DNA of 64,000 nt from Eledone cirrhosa (taxonomy: Eukaryota). Made by a program: the position numbers and the translations under genes. Of the stretch, positions 9,301 to 23,162 are shown piece after piece. The stretch lies in contig OZ024741.1 in assembly GCA_964016885.1 (NCBI GenBank), forward strand, positions 256,494,001 through 256,558,000. The letters run 5' to 3'. Below the pieces are notes generated by a model. The model was not told the origin of the DNA. It saw only the letters and a list, made by a program, of their open reading frames with translations, and did no database searches. The number at the start of each line of letters is the position of its first letter. Within the stretch, counting starts at the first letter, position 1.

Positions 9301-12300
9301 TGTTGTAGTTGTTGCTGTTTTCTGTGTTAGTGCCAGTGTTGTTGTAGTTGTTGCTGTTTTCTGTGTCAGTGCCAGTGTTGTTGCTGTTGCTGTTTTCTCT
9401 GTCAGTGCCAGTGTTGTTGTAGTTGTTGCTGCTTTCTCTGTCAGTGCCAGTGTTGTTGTAGTTGTTTCTGTTTTCTGTGTCAGTGCCAGTGTTGTTGTTG
9501 TTGCTGTTTTCTCTGTCAGTGCCAGTGTTGTTGTAGTTGTTGCTGTTTTCTGTGTCAGTGCCACTGTTGTTGTTGCTGTTTTCTGTGTCTGTGCCAGTGT
9601 TGTTGTTGTTGCTGTTTTCTCTGTCAGTGCCAGTGTTGTTGTAGTTGTTGCTGTTTTCTCTGTCAGTGCCAGTGTTGTTGTAGTTGTTGCTGTTTTCTCT
9701 GTCAGTGCCAGTGTTGTTGTAGTTGTTGCTGTTTTCTGTGTCAGTGCCAGTGTTTTTGTTGGTGCTGTTTTCTCTGTCAGTGCCAGTGTTGTTGTAGTTG
9801 TTGCTGTTTTCTCTGTCAGTGCCAGTGTTGTTGCTGTTGTTGCTGTTTTCTGTGTCAGTGCCAGTGTTGTTGTTGCTGTTTCTGTGTCAGTGCCAGTGTT
9901 GTTGTTGCTATTTTCACTGTCAGTGCCAGTGTTGTTGTAGTTGTTGCTGTTTTCTGTGTCAGTGCCAGTGTTGTTGTTGTTGCTGTGTTCTCTGTCAGTG
10001 CCAGTGTTGTTGTAGCTGTTGCTGTTTTCTGTGTCAGTGCCAGTGTTGTTGTAGTTGTTGCTGTTTACTGTGTCAGTGCCAGTGTTGTTGTAGTTGTTGC
10101 TGTTTTCTCTGTCAGTGCCAGTGTTGTTGTAGTTGTTGCTGTTTTCTCTGTCAGTGCCAGTGTTGTTGTAGTTGTTGCTGTTTTCTGTGTCAGTGCCAGA
10201 GTTTTTGTTGTTGCTGTTTTCTCTGTCAGTGCCAGTGTTGTTGTAGTTGTTGCTGTTTTCTCTGTCAGTGCCAGTGTTGTTGTAGTTGTTGCTGTTTTTT
10301 GTGTCAGTGCCAGTGTTGTTGTAGTTGTTGCTGTTTTCACTGTCAGTGCCAGTGTTGTAGTTGTTGCTGTTTTCTGTGTCAGTGCCAGTGTTGTTGTTGT
10401 TGCTGTTTTCTGTGTCAGTGCCAGTGTTGTTGTTGTTGCTATTTTCACTGTCAGTGCCAGTGTTGTTGCTGTTGCTGTTTTCTCTGTCAGTGCCAGTGAT
10501 GTTGTAGTTGTTGCTGTTTTCTGTGTTAGTGCCAGTGTTGTTGTAGTTGTTGCTGTTTTCTGTGTCAGTGCCAGTGTTGTTGCTGTTGCTGTTTTCTCTG
10601 TCAGTGCCAGTGTTGTTGTAGTTGTTGCTGCTTTCTCTGTCAGTGCCAGTGTTGTTGTAGTTGTTGCTGTTTTCTGTGTCAGTGCCAGTGTTGTTGTTGT
10701 TGCTGTTTTCTCTGTCAGTGCCAGTGTTGTTGTAGTTGTTGCTGTTTTCTGTGTCAGTGCCACTGTTGTTGTTGCTGTTTTCTCTGTCAGTGCCAGTGTT
10801 GTTGTAGTTTTTGCTGTTTTCTGTGTCAGTGCCAGTGTTGTTGTTGCTGTTTTCTGTGTCAGTGCCACTGTTGTTGTTGCTGTTTTCTCTGTCAGTGCCA
10901 GTGTTGTTGCTGTTGCTATTTTCACTGTCAGTGCCAGTGTTGTTGTAGTTGTTGCTGTTTTCTGTGTCAGTGCCAGTGTTGTTGTTGCTGTTTTCTATGT
11001 CAGTGCCAGTGTTGTTGTAGTTGTAGTTGTTGCTGTTTTCTCTGTCAGTGCCAGTGTTGTTGTAGTTGTTGCTGTTTTTTGTGTCAGTGCCAGTGTTGTT
11101 GTAGTTGTTGCTGTTTTCTCTGTCAGTGCCAGTGTTGTTGTTGTTGTTCCTGTTTTCTCTGTCAGTGCCAGTGTTGTAGTTGTTGCTGTTTTCTCTGTCA
11201 GTGCCAGTGTTGTTGTAGTTGTTGCTGTTTTCTGTGTCAGTGCCAGTGTTGTTGTTGTTGCTGTTTTCTGTGTCAGTGCCAGTGTTGTTGTTGTTGCTAT
11301 TTTCACTGTCAGTGCCAGTGTTGTTGCTGTTGCTGTTTTCTCTGTCAGTGCCAGTGATGTTGTAGTTGTTGCTGTTTTCTGTGTCATTGCCAGTGTTGTT
11401 GCTGTTGCTGTTTTCTCTGTCAGTGCCAGTGTTGTTGTAGTTGTTGCTGCTTTCTCTGTCAGTGCCAGTGTTGTTGTAGTTGTTTCTGTTTTCTGTGTCA
11501 GTGCCAGTGTTGTTGTTGTTGCTGTTTTCTGTGTCAGTGCCAGTGTTGTTGTAGTTGTTGCTGTTTTCTGTGTCAGTGCCACTGTTGTTGTTGCTGTTTT
11601 CTGTGTCTGTGCCAGTGTTGTTGTTGTTGCTGTTTTCTCTGTCAGTGCCAGTGTTGTTGTTGCTGTTTTCTCTGTCAGTGCCAGTGTTGTTGTTGTTGCT
11701 ATTTTCTGTGTCAGTGCCAGTGTTGTTGTAGTTGTTGCTGTTTTCTGTGTCAGTGCCAGTGTTGTTGTAGTTGTTGCTGTTTTCTCTGTCAGTGCCAGTG
11801 TTGTTGTAGTTGTTGCTGTTTTCTCTGTCAGTGCCAGTGTTGTTGTAGTTGTTGCTGTTTTCTGTGTCAGTACCAGTGTTTTTGTTGTTGCTGTTTTCTC
11901 TGTCAGTGCCAGTGTTGTTGTAGTTGTTGCTGTTTTCTCTGTCAGTGCCAGTGTTGTTGTAATTGTTGCTGTTTTCTGTGTCAGTGCCTGTGTTGTTGCT
12001 GTTGTTGCTGTTTTCTGTGTCAGTGCCAGTGTTGTTGTTGTTGCTGTGTTCTCTGTCAGTGCCAGTGTTGTTGTAGCTGTTGCTGTTTTCTGTGTCAGTG
12101 CCAGTGTTGTTGTAGTTGTTGCTGTTTACTGTGTCAGTGCCAGTGTTGTTGTAGTTGTTGCTGTTTTCTCTGTCAGTGCCAGTGTTGTTGTAGTTGTTGC
12201 TGTTTTCTCTATCAGTGCCAGTGTTGTTGTAGTTGTTGCTGTTTTCTGTGTCAGTGCTAGTGTTGTTGTTGTTGCTGTTTTCTCTGTCAGTGCCAGTGTT

Positions 12301-13529
12301 GTTGTAGTTGTTGCTGTTTTCTCTGTCAGTGCCAGTGTTGTTGTAGTTGTTGCTGTTTTTGTGTCAGTGCCAGTGTTGTTGTAGTTGTTGCTGTTTTCTC
12401 TGTCAGTGCCAGTGTTGTTGTTGTTGTTGCTGTTTTCTCTGTCAGTGCCAGTGTTGTAGTTGTTGCTGTTTTCTCTGTCAGTGACAGTGTTGTTGTAGTT
12501 GTTGCTGTTTTCTGTGTCAGTGCCAGTGTTGTTGTTGTTGCTGTTTTCTGTGTCAGTGCCAGTGTTGTTGTTGTTGCTATTTTCACTGTCAGTGCCAGTG
12601 TTGTTGCTGTTGCTGTTTTCTCTGTCAGTGCCAGTGATGTTGTAGTTGTTGCTGTTTTCTGTGTTAGTGCCAGTGTTGTTGCAGTTGTTGCTGTTTTCTG
12701 TGTCAGTGCCAGTGTTGTTGCTGTTGCTGTTTTCTCTGTCAGTGCCAGTGTTGTTGTAGTTGTTGCTGCTTTCTCTGTCAGTGCCAGTGTTGTTGTAGTT
12801 GTTGCTGTTTTCTGTGTCAGTACCAGTGTTGTTGTTGTTGCTGTTTTCTCTGTCAGTGCCAGTGTTGTTGTTCTTGTTGCTGTTTTCTGTGTCAGTGCCA
12901 CTGTTGTTGTTGCTGTTTTCTCTGTCAGTGCCAGTGTTGTTGTAGTTTTTGCTGTTTTCTGTGTCAGTGCCAGTGTTGTTGTTGCTGTTTTCTGTGTCAG
13001 TGCCAGTGTTGTTGTTGTTGCTGTTTTCTTTGTCAGTGCCAGTGTTGTTGTTGTTACTGTTGCTGTTTTCTGTGTCAGTTCCAGTGTTGCTGTTGCTGTT
13101 TTCTGTGCCAGTGCCAGTGTTATTGTTGCTGTTGTTGCTGTTTTCTGTGTCAGTGCCACGGTTGTTGTTGCTGTTGTTGCTGTTTTCTGTGTCAGTGCCA
13201 GTGTTGTTGTTGCTGTTTTCTGTGTCAGTGCCAGTGTTGTTGTTGCTGTTGTTGCTGTTTTCCGTGCCAGTGTTTTTGTAGTTGTTGCTGTTTTCTGTGT
13301 CAGTGTCGGTGTTGTTGTTGTTGCTGTTTTCTCTGTCAGTGCCAGTGTTGTTGTTGTTGCTGTTTTCTCTGTCAGTGCCAGTGTTGTTGTTGTTGCTGTT
13401 TTCTGTGTCAGTGCCAGTGTTGTTGTAGTTGTTGCTGTTTTCTGTGTCAGTGCCAGTGTTGTTGTAGTTGTTGCTGTTTTCTGTGTCAGTGCCAGTGTTG
13501 TTGTAGTTGTTGCTGTTTTCTCTGTCAGT

Positions 13530-16500
13530 GCCAGTGTTGTTGTAGTTGTTGCTGTTTTCTCTGTCAGTGCCAGTGTTGTTGTAGTTGTTGCTGTTTTCTG
13601 TGTCAATGCCAGTGTTGTTGTTGTTGCTGTTTTCTCTGTCAGTGCCAGTGTTGTAGTTGTTGCTGTTTTCTCTGTCAGTGCCAGTGTTGTTGTAGCTGTT
13701 GCTCTTTTCTGTGTCAGTGCCAGTGTTGTTGCTGTTGTTACTGTTTTCTGTGTCAGTGCCAGTGTTGTTGTTGTTGCTGTTTTCTCTGTCAGTGCCAGTG
13801 TTGTTGTTGCTATTTTCACTGTCAGTGCCAGTGTTGTTGTAGTTGTTGCTGTTTTCTGTGTCAGTGCCAGTGTTGTTGTTGTTGCTGTTTTCTCTGTCAG
13901 TGCCGGTGTTGTTGTAGCTGTTGCTGTTTTCTGTGTCAGTGCCAGTGTTGTTGTAGTTGTTGCTGTTTTCTCTGTCAGTGCCAGTGTTGTTGTAGTTGTT
14001 GCTGTTTTCTGTGCCAGTGCCAGTGTTTTTGTTGTTGCTGTTTTCTCTGTCAGTGCCAGTGTTGTTGTAGTTGTTGCTGTTTTCTCTGTCAGTGCCAGTG
14101 TTGTTGTAGTTGTTGCTGTTTTCTCTGTCAGTGCCAGTGTTGTTGTAGTTGTTGCTGTTTTCTCTGTCAGTGCCAGTGTTGTTGTAGTTGTTGCTGTTTT
14201 CTGTGTCAGTGTTGTTGTTGCTATTTTCACTGTCAGTGCCAGTGTTGTTGTAGTTGTTGCTTTATTCTGTGTCAGTGCCAGTGTTGTTGTTGTTGCTGTT
14301 TTCTCTGTCAGTGCCAGTGTTGTTGTAGCTGTTGCTGTTTTCTGTGTCAGTGCCAGTGTTGTTGTAGTTGTTGCTGTTTACTGTGTCAGTGCCAGTGTTG
14401 TTGTAGTTGTTGCTGTTTTCTCTGTCAGTGCCAGTGTTGTTGTAGTTGTTGCTGTTTTCTCTGTCAGTGCCAGTGTTGTTGTAGTTGTTGCTGTTTTCTG
14501 TGTCAGTGCCAGTGTTGTTGTTGTTGCTGATTTCTCTGTCAGTGCCAGTGTTGTTGTAGTTGTTGCTGTTTTCTCTGTCAGTGCCAGTGTTGTTGTAGTT
14601 GTTGCTGTTTTCTGTGTCAGTGCCAGTGTTGTTGTAGTTGTTGCTGTTTTCTCTGTCAGTGCCAGTGTTGTTGTTGTTGTTGCTGTTTTCTCTGTCAGTG
14701 CCAGTGTTGTAGTTGTTGCTGTTTTCTCTGTCAGTGCCAGTGTTGTTGTAGTTGTTGCTGTTTTCTGTGTCAGTGCCAGTGTTGTTGTTGTTGCTGTTTT
14801 CTGTGTCAGTGCCAGTGTTGTTGTTGTTGCTATTTTCACTGCCAGTGCCAGTGTTGTTGCTGTTGCTGTTTTCTCTGTCAGTGCTAGTGAGGTTGTAGTT
14901 GTTGCTGTTTTCTGTGTTAGTGCCAGTGTTGTTGTAGTTGTTGCTGTTTTCTGTGTCAGTGCCAGTGTTGTTGCTGTTGATGTTTTCTCTGTCAGTGCCA
15001 GTGTTGTTGTAGTTGTTGCTGCTTTCTCTGTCAGTGCCAGTGTTGTTGTAGTTGTTGCTGTTTTCTGTGTCAGTGCCAGTGTTGTTGTTGTTGCTGTTTT
15101 CTCTGTCAGTGCCAGTGTTGTTGTAGTTGTTGCTCTTTTCTGTGTCAGTGCCACTGTTGTTGTTGCTGTTTTCTCTGTCAGTGCCAGTGTTGTTGTAGTT
15201 TTTGCTGTTTTCTGTGTCAGTGCCAGTGTTGTTGTTGTTGCTGTTTTCTGTGTCAGTGCCAGTGTTGTTGTTGTTGTTGCTGTTTTCTCTGTCAGTGCCA
15301 GTGTTGTTGCTGTTGCTATTTTCACTGTCAGTGCCAGTGTTGTTGTTGTTGTTGTTTTCTGTGTCAGTGCCAGTGTTGTTGTTGCTGTTTTCTTTGTCAG
15401 TGCCACTGTTGTTGTTGTTACTGTTGCCGTTTTCTGTGTCAGTTCCAGTGTCGCTGTTGCTGTTTTCTGTGCCAGTGCCAGTGTTATTGTTGCTGTTGTT
15501 GCTGTTTTCTGTGTCAGTGCCACGGTTGTTGTTTCTGTTGTTGCTGTTTTCTGTGTCAGTGCCAGTGTTGTTGTTGCTGTTTTCTGTGTCAGTGCCAGTG
15601 TTGTTGTTGCTGTTGTTGCTGTTTTCCGTGCCAGTGTTGTTGTAGTTGTTGCTGTTTTCTGTGTCAGTGCCGGTGTTGTTGTTGTTGCTGTTTTCTCTGT
15701 CTGTGCCAGTGTTGTTGTTGCTGTTTTCTCTGTCAGTGCCAGTGTTGTTGTTGTTGCTGTTTTCTGTGTCAGTGCCAGTGTTGTTGTAGTTGTTGCTGTT
15801 TTCTGTGTCAGTGCCAGTGTTGTTGTAGTTGTTGCTGTTTTCTGTGTCAGTGCCAGTGTTGTTGTAGTTGTTGCTGTTTTCTCTGTCAGTGCCAGTGTTA
15901 TTGTAGTTGTTGCTGTTTTCTCTGTCAGTGCCAGTGTTGTTGTAGTTGTTGCTGTTTTCTGTGTCAATGCCAGTGTTGTTGTTGTTGCTGTTTTCTCTGT
16001 CAGTGCCAGTGTTGTTGTAGTTGTTGCTGTTTTCTGTGTCAGTCCCAGTGTTGTTGTAGTTGTTGCTGTTTTCTGTGTCAGTGCCAGTGTTGTTGTAGTT
16101 GTTGCTGTTTTCTCTGTCAGTGCCAGTGTTGTTGTAGTTGTTGCTGTTTTCTCTGTCAGTGCCAGTGTTGTTGTAGTTGTTGCTGTTTTCTCTGTCAGTG
16201 CCAGTGTTGTTGTTGCTGTTTTCTCTGTCAGTGCCAGTGTTGTTGTAGTTGTTGCTGTTTTCTCTGTCAGTGCCAGTGTTGTTGTTGTTGCTGTTTTGTG
16301 TGTCAGTGCCAGTGTTGTAGTTGTTGCTGTTTTCTCTGTCAGTGCCAGTGTTGTTGTAGTTGTTGCTGTTTTCTGTGTCAGTGCCAGTGTTGTTGTTGCT
16401 GTTTTCTGTGTCAGCGCCAGTGTTGTTGTTGTTGCTATTTTCACTGTCAGTGCCAGTGTTGTTGCTGTTGCTGTTTTCTCTGTCAGTGCCAGTGATGTTG

Positions 16501-19500
16501 TAGTTGTTGCTGTTTTCTGTGTTAGTGCCAGTGTTGTTGTAGTTGTTGCTGTTTTCTGTGTCAGTGCCAGTGTTGTTGCTGTTGCTGTTTTCTCTGTCAG
16601 TGCCAGTGTTGTAGTAGTTGTTGCTGCTTTCTCTGTCAGTGCCAGTGTTGTTGTAGTTGTTTCTGTTTTCTGTGTCAGTGCCAGTGTTGTTGTTGTTGCT
16701 GTTTTCTCTGTCAGTGCCAGTGTTGTTGTTGCTGTTTTCTGTTCTGTGCCAGTGTTGTTGTTGTTGCTGTTTTCTCTGTCAGTGCCAGTGTTGTTGTTGC
16801 TGTTTTCTCTGTCAGTGCCAGTGTTGTTGTTGTTGCTGTTTTCTCTGTCAGTGCCAGTGTTGTTGTAGCTGTTGCAGTTTTCTGTGTCAGTGCCAGTGTT
16901 GTTGTAGTTGTTGCTGTTTTCTCTGTCAGTACCAGTGTTGTTGTAGTTGTTGCTGTTTTCTCTGTCAGTGCCAGTGTTGTTGTAGTTGTGCTGTTTTCTC
17001 TGTCAGTGCCAGTGTTGTTGTTGTTGCTGTTTTCTCTGTCAGTGCCAGTGTTGTTGTAGTTGTTGCTGTTTTCTCTGTCAGTGCCAGTGTTGTTGTAGTT
17101 GTTGCTGTTTTCTGTGTCAATGCCAGTGTTGTTGTTGTTGCTGTTTTCTCTGTCAGTGCCAGTGTTGTAGTTGTTGCTGTTTTCTCTGTCAGTGCCAGTG
17201 TTGTTGTAGTTGTTGCTCTTTTCTGTGTCAGTGCCAGTGTTGTTGCTGTTGTTGCTGTTTTCTGTGTCAGTGCCAGTGTTGTTGTTGTTGCTGTTTTCTC
17301 TGTCAGTGCCAGTGTTGTTGTTGCTATTTTCACTGTCAGTGCCAGTGTTGTTGTAGTTGTTGCTGTTTTCTGTGTCAGTGCCAGTGTTGTTGTTGTTGCT
17401 GTTTTCTCTGTCAGTGCCGGTGTTGTTGTAGCTGTTGCTGTTTTCTGTGTCAGTGCCAGTGTTGTTGTAGTTGTTGCTGTTTTCTCTGTCAGTGCCAGTG
17501 TTGTTGTAGTTGTTGCTGTTTTCTGTGCCAGTGCCAGTGTTTTTGTTGTTGCTGTTTTCTCTGTCAGTGCCAGTGTTGTTGTAGTTGTTGCTGTTTTCTC
17601 TGTCAGTGCCAGTGTTGTTGTAGTTGTTGCTGTTTTCTCTGTCAGTGCCAGTGTTGTTGTAGTTGTTGCTCTTTTCTCTGTCAGTGCCAGTGTTGTTGTA
17701 GTTGTTGCTGTTTTCTGTGTCAGTGTTGTTGTTGCTATTTTCACTGTCAGTGCCAGTGTTGTTGTAGTTGTTGCTTTATTCTGTGTCAGTGCCAGTGTTG
17801 TTGTTGTTGCTGTTTTCTCTGTCAGTGCCAGTGTTGTTGTAACTGTTGCTGTTTTCTGTGTCAGTGCCAGTGTTGTTGTAGTTGTTGCTGTTTACTGTGT
17901 CAGTGCCAGTGTTGTTGTAGTTGTTGCTGTTTTCTCTGTCAGTGCCAGTGTTGTTGTAGTTGTTGCTGTTTTCTCTGTCAGTGCCAGTGTTGTTGTAGTT
18001 GTTGCTGTTTTCTGTGTCAGTGCCAGTGTTGTTGTTGTTGCTGATTTCTCTGTCAGTGCCAGTGTTGTTGTAGTTGTTGCTGTTTTCTCTGTCAGTGCCA
18101 GTGTTGTTGTAGTTGTTGCTGTTTTCTGTGTCAGTGCCAGTGTTGTTGTAGTTGTTGCTGTTTTCTCTGTCAGTGCCAGTGTTGTTTTTGTTGTTGCTGT
18201 TTTCTCTGTCAGTGCCAGTGTTGTAGTTGTTGCTGTTTTCTCTGTCAGTGCCAGTGTTGTTGTAGTTGTTGCTGTTTTCTGTGTCAGTGCCAGTGTTGTT
18301 GTTGTTGCTGTTTTCTGTGTCAGTGCCAGTGTTGTTGTTGTTGCTATTTTCACTGCCAGTGCCAGTGTTGTTGCTGTTGCTGTTTTCTCTGTCAGTGCTA
18401 GTGAGGTTGTAGTTGTTGCTGTTTTCTGTGTTAGTGCCAGTGTTGTTGTAGTTGTTGCTGTTTTCTGTGTCAGTGCCAGTGTTGTTGCTGTTGATGTTTT
18501 CTCTGTCAGTGCCAGTGTTGTTGTTGTTGTTGCTGCTTTCTCTGTCAGTGCCAGTGTTGTTGTAGTTGTTGCTGTTTTCTGTGTCAGTGCCAGTGTTGTT
18601 GTTGTTGCTGTTTTCTCTGTCAGTGCCAGTGTTGTTGTAGTTGTTGCTCTTTTCTGTGTCAGTGCCACTGTTGTTGTTGCTGTTTTCTCTGTCAGTGCCA
18701 GTGTTGTTGTAGTTTTTGCTGTTTTCTGTGTCAGTGCCAGTGTTGTTGTTGTTGCTGTTTTCTGTGTCAGTGCCAGTGTTGTTGTTGTTGTTGCTGTTTT
18801 CTCTGTCAGTGCCAGTGTTGTTGCTGTTGCTATTTTCACTGTCAGTGCCAGTGTTGTTGTTGTTGTTGTTTTCTGTGTCAGTGCCAGTGTTGTTGTTGCT
18901 GTTTTCTTTGTCAGTGCCACTGTTGTTGTTGTTACTGTTGCTGTTTTCTGTGTCAGTTCCAGTGTCGCTGTTGCTGTTTTCTGTGCCAGTGCCAGTGTTA
19001 TTGTTGCTGTTGTTGCTGTTTTCTGTGTCAGTGCCACGGTTGTTGTTTCTGTTGTTGCTGTTTTCTGTGTCAGTGCCAGTGTTGTTGTTGCTGTTTTCTG
19101 TGTCAGTGCCAGTGTTGTTGTTGCTGTTGTTGCTGTTTTCCGTGCCAGTGTTGTTGTAGTTGTTGCTGTTTTCTGTGTCAGTGCCGGTGTTGTTGTTGTT
19201 GCTGTTTTCTCTGTCTGTGCCAGTGTTGTTGTTGCTGTTTTCTCTGTCAGTGCCAGTGTTGTTGTTGTTGCTGTTTTCTGTGTCAGTGCCAGTGTTGTTG
19301 TAGTTGTTGCTGTTTTCTGTGTCAGTGCCAGTGTTGTTGTAGTTGTTGCTGTTTTCTGTGTCAGTGCCAGTGTTGTTGTAGTTGTTGCTGTTTTCTCTGT
19401 CAGTGCCAGTGTTATTGTAGTTGTTGCTGTTTTCTCTGTCAGTGCCAGTGTTGTTGTAGTTGTTGCTGTTTTCTGTGTCAATGCCAGTGTTGTTGTTGTT

Positions 19501-20450
19501 GCTGTTTTCTCTGTCAGTGCCAGTGTTGTTGTAGTTGTTGCTGTTTTCTGTGTCAGTCCCAGTGTTGTTGTAGTTGTTGCTGTTTTCTGTGTCAGTGCCA
19601 GTGTTGTTGTAGTTGTTGCTGTTTTCTCTGTCAGTGCCAGTGTTGTTGTAGTTGTTGCTGTTTTCTCTGTCAGTGCCAGTGTTGTTGTAGTTGTTGCTGT
19701 TTTCTGTGTCAGTGCCAGTGTTGTTGTTGCTGTTTTCTCTGTCAGTGCCAGTGTTGTTGTAGTTGTTGCTGTTTTCTCTGTCAGTGCCAGTGTTGTTGTA
19801 GTTGTTGCTGTTTTCTGTGTCAGTGCCAGTGTTGTTGTAGTTGTTGCTGTTTTCTCTGTCAGTGCCAGTGTTGTTGTTGTTGCTGTTTTGTCTGTCAGTG
19901 CCAGTGTTGTAGTTGTTGCTGTTTTCTCTGTCAGTGCCAGTGTTGTTGTAGTTGTTGCTGTTTTCTGTGTCAGTGCCAGTGTTGTTGTTGCTGTTTTCTG
20001 TGTCAGCGCCAGTGTTGTTGTTGTTGCTATTTTCACTGTCAGTGCCAGTGTTGTTGCTGTTGCTGTTTTCTCTGTCAGTGCCAGTGATGTTGTAGTTGTT
20101 GCTGTTTTCTGTGTTAGTGCCAGTGTTGTTGTAGTTGTTGCTGTTTTCTGTGTCAGTGCCAGTGTTGTTGCTGTTGCTGTTTTCTCTGTCAGTGCCAGTG
20201 TTGTTGTAGTTGTTGCTGCTTTCTCTGTCAGTGCCAGTGTTGTTGTAGTTGTTTCTGTTTTCTGTGTCAGTGCCATTGTTGTTGTTGTTGCTGTTTTCTC
20301 TGTCAGTGCCAGTGTTGTTGTTGCTGTTTTCTGTTCTGTGCCAGTGTTGTTGTTGTTGCTGTTTTCTCTGTCAGTGCCAGTGTTGTTGTTGCTGTTTTCT
20401 CTGTCAGTGCCAGTGTTGTTGTTGTTGCTGTTTTCTCTGTCAGTGCCAGT
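13530..20450. repeat. ~3.5-kb higher-order tandem duplication in satellite B (offset 3514, shifting to 3592)
   Basis: Matching ORF boundaries 14378/17892 and 15202/18716. The gtcaat variant occurs at 13605/17119 and ctgttctgtg at 16739/20331 (+78 bp, two monomers). A few SNPs separate the copies; boundaries are approximate. Confidence 0.85.
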
Positions 20451-23162
20451 GTTGTTGTTGCTGTTTTCTCTGTCAGTGCCAGTGTTGTTGTTGGTGTTTT
20501 CTGTGTCAGTGCCAGTGTTGTTGCTGTTGCTGTTTTCTCTGTCAGTGCTAGTGTTGTTGTAGTTGTTGCTGTTTTCTCTGTCAGTGCCAGTGTTGTTGTA
20601 GTTGTTGCTGTTTTCTGTGTCAGTGCCAGTGTTTTTGTTGTTGCTGTTTTCTCTGTCAGTGTCAGTGTTGTTGTAGTTGTTGCTGTTTTCTCTGTCAGTG
20701 CCAGTGTTGTTGTAATTGTTGCTGTTTTCTGTGTCAGTGCCAGTGTTGTTGCTGTTGTTGCTGTTGTTGCTGTTTTCTGTGTCAGTGCCAGTGTTGTTGT
20801 TGTTGCTGTTTTCTGTGTCAGTGCCAGTGTTGTTGTTGCTATTTTCACTGTCAGTGCCAGTGTTGTTGTAGTTGTTGCTGTTTTCTGTGTCAGTGCCAGT
20901 GTTGTTGTTGTTGCTGTTTTCTCTGTCAGTGCCAGTGTTGTTGTAGCTGTTGCTGTTTTCTGTGTCAGTGCCAGTGTTGTTGTTGTTGCTGTTTTCTCTG
21001 TCAGTGCCAGTGTTGTTGTAGCTGTTGCTGTTTTCTGTGTCAGTGCCAGTGTTGTTGTAGTTGTTGCTGTTTTCTCTGTCAGTACCAGTGTTGTTGTAGT
21101 TGTTGCTGTTTTCTCTGTCAGTGCCAGTGTTGTTGTAGTTGTTGCTGTTTTCTCTGTCAGTGCCAGTGTTGTTGTTGTTGCTGTTTTCTCTGTCAGTGCC
21201 AGTGTTGTTGTAGTTGTTGCTGTTTTCTCTGTCAGTGCCAGTGTTGTTGTAGTTGTTGCTGTTTTATGTGTCAGTGCCAGTGTTGTTGTAGTTGTTTCTG
21301 TTTTCTCTGTCATTGCCAGTGTTGTTGTTGTTGTGGCTGTTTTCTCTGTCAGTGCCAGTGTTGTAGTTGTTGCTGTTTTCTCTGTCAGTGCCAGTGTTGT
21401 TGTAGTTGTTGCTGTTTTCTGTGTCAGTGCCAGTGTTGTTGCTGTTGCTGTTTTCTCTGTCAGTGCCAGTGTTGTTGTAGTTGTTGCTGCTTTCTCTGTC
21501 AGTGCCAGTGTTGTTGTAGTTGTTGCTGTTTTCTGTGTCAGTGCCACGGTTGTTGTTGCTGTAGTTGCTGTTTTCTGTGTCAGTGCCAGTGTTGTTGTTG
21601 CTGTTTTCTGTGTCAGTGCCAGTGTTGTTGTTGCTGTTGTTGCTGTTTTCCGTGCCAGTGTTGTTGTAGTTGTTGCTGTTTTCTCTGTCAGTGCCAGTGT
21701 TGTTGTAGTTGTTGCTGTTTTCTCTGTCAGTGCCAGTGTTGTTGTAGTTGTTGCTGTTTTCTGTGTCAGTGTTGTTGCTATTTTCACTGTCAGTGCCAGT
21801 GTTGTTGTAGTTGTTGCTTTATTCTGTGTCAGTGCCAGTGTTGTTGTTGTTGCTGTTTTCTCTGTCAGTGCCAGTGTTGTTGTAGTTGTTGCTGCTTTCT
21901 CTGTCAGTGCCAGTGTTGTTGTAGTTGTTGCTGTTTTCTGTGTCAGTGCCACGGTTGTTGTTGCTGTAGTTGCTGTTTTCTGTGTCAGTGCCAGTGTTGT
22001 TGTTGCTGTTTTCTGTGTCAGTGCCAGTGTTGTTGTTGCTGTTGTTGCTGTTTTCCGTGCCAGTGTTGTTGTAGTTGTTGCTGTTTTCTGTGTCAGTGCC
22101 GGTGTTGTTGTTGCTGTTTTCTCTGTCAGTGCCAGTGTTGTTGTTGTTGCTGTTTTCTCTGTCAGTGCCTGTGTTGTTGTTGTTGCTGTTTTCTGTGTCA
22201 GTGCCAGTGTTGTTGTAGTTGTTGCTGTTTTCTGTGTCAGTGCCAGTGTTGTTGTAGTTGTTGCTGTTTTCTGTGTCAGTGCCAGTGTTGTTGTAGTTGT
22301 TGCTGTTTTCTCTGTCAGTGCCAGTGTTGTTGTAGTTGTTGCTGTTTTCTCTGTCAGTGCCGGTGTTGTTGTAGTTGTTGCTGTTTTCTGTGTCAGTGCC
22401 AGTGTTGTTGTAATTGTTGCTGTTTTCTGTGTCAGTGCCAGTGTTGTTGTAGTTGTTGCTGTTTTCTCTGTCAGTGCCAGTGTTGTTGTAGTTGTTGCTG
22501 TTTTCTCTGTCAGTGCCAGTGTTGTTGTAGTTGTTGCTGTTTTCTGTGTCAGTGCCAGTGTTGTTGTTGCTGTTTTCTCTGTCAGTGCCAGTGTTGTTGT
22601 AGTTGTTGCTGTTTTCTCTGACAGTGCCAGTGTTGTTGTAGTTGTTGCTGTTTTCTGTGTCAGTGCCAGTGTTGTTGTAGTTGTTGCTGTTTTCTCTGTC
22701 AGTGACAGTGTTGTTGTTGTTGTTGCTGTTTTGTCTGTCAGTGCCAGTGTTGTAGTTGTTGCTGTTTTCTCTGTCAGTGCCAGTGTTGTTGTCGTTGTTG
22801 CTGTTTTCTGTGTCAGTGCCAGTGTTGTTGTTGTTGCTGTTTTCTGTGTCAGTGCCAGTGTTGTTGTTGTTGCTATTTTCACTGTCAGTGCCAGTGTTGT
22901 TGCTGTTGCTGTTTTCTCTGTCAGTGCCAGTGATGTTGTAGTTGTTGCTGTTTTCTGTGTTAGTGCCAGTGTTGTTGTAGTTGTTGCTGTTTTCTGTGTC
23001 AGTGCCAGTGTTGTTGCTGTTGCTGTTTTCTCTGTCAGTGCCAGTGTTGTTGTAGTTGTTGCTGCTTTCTCTGTCAGTGCCAGTGTTGTTGTAGTTGTTG
23101 CTGTTTTCTGTGTCAGTGCCAGTGTTGTTGTTGTTGCTGTTTTCTCTGTCAGTGCCATTGTT

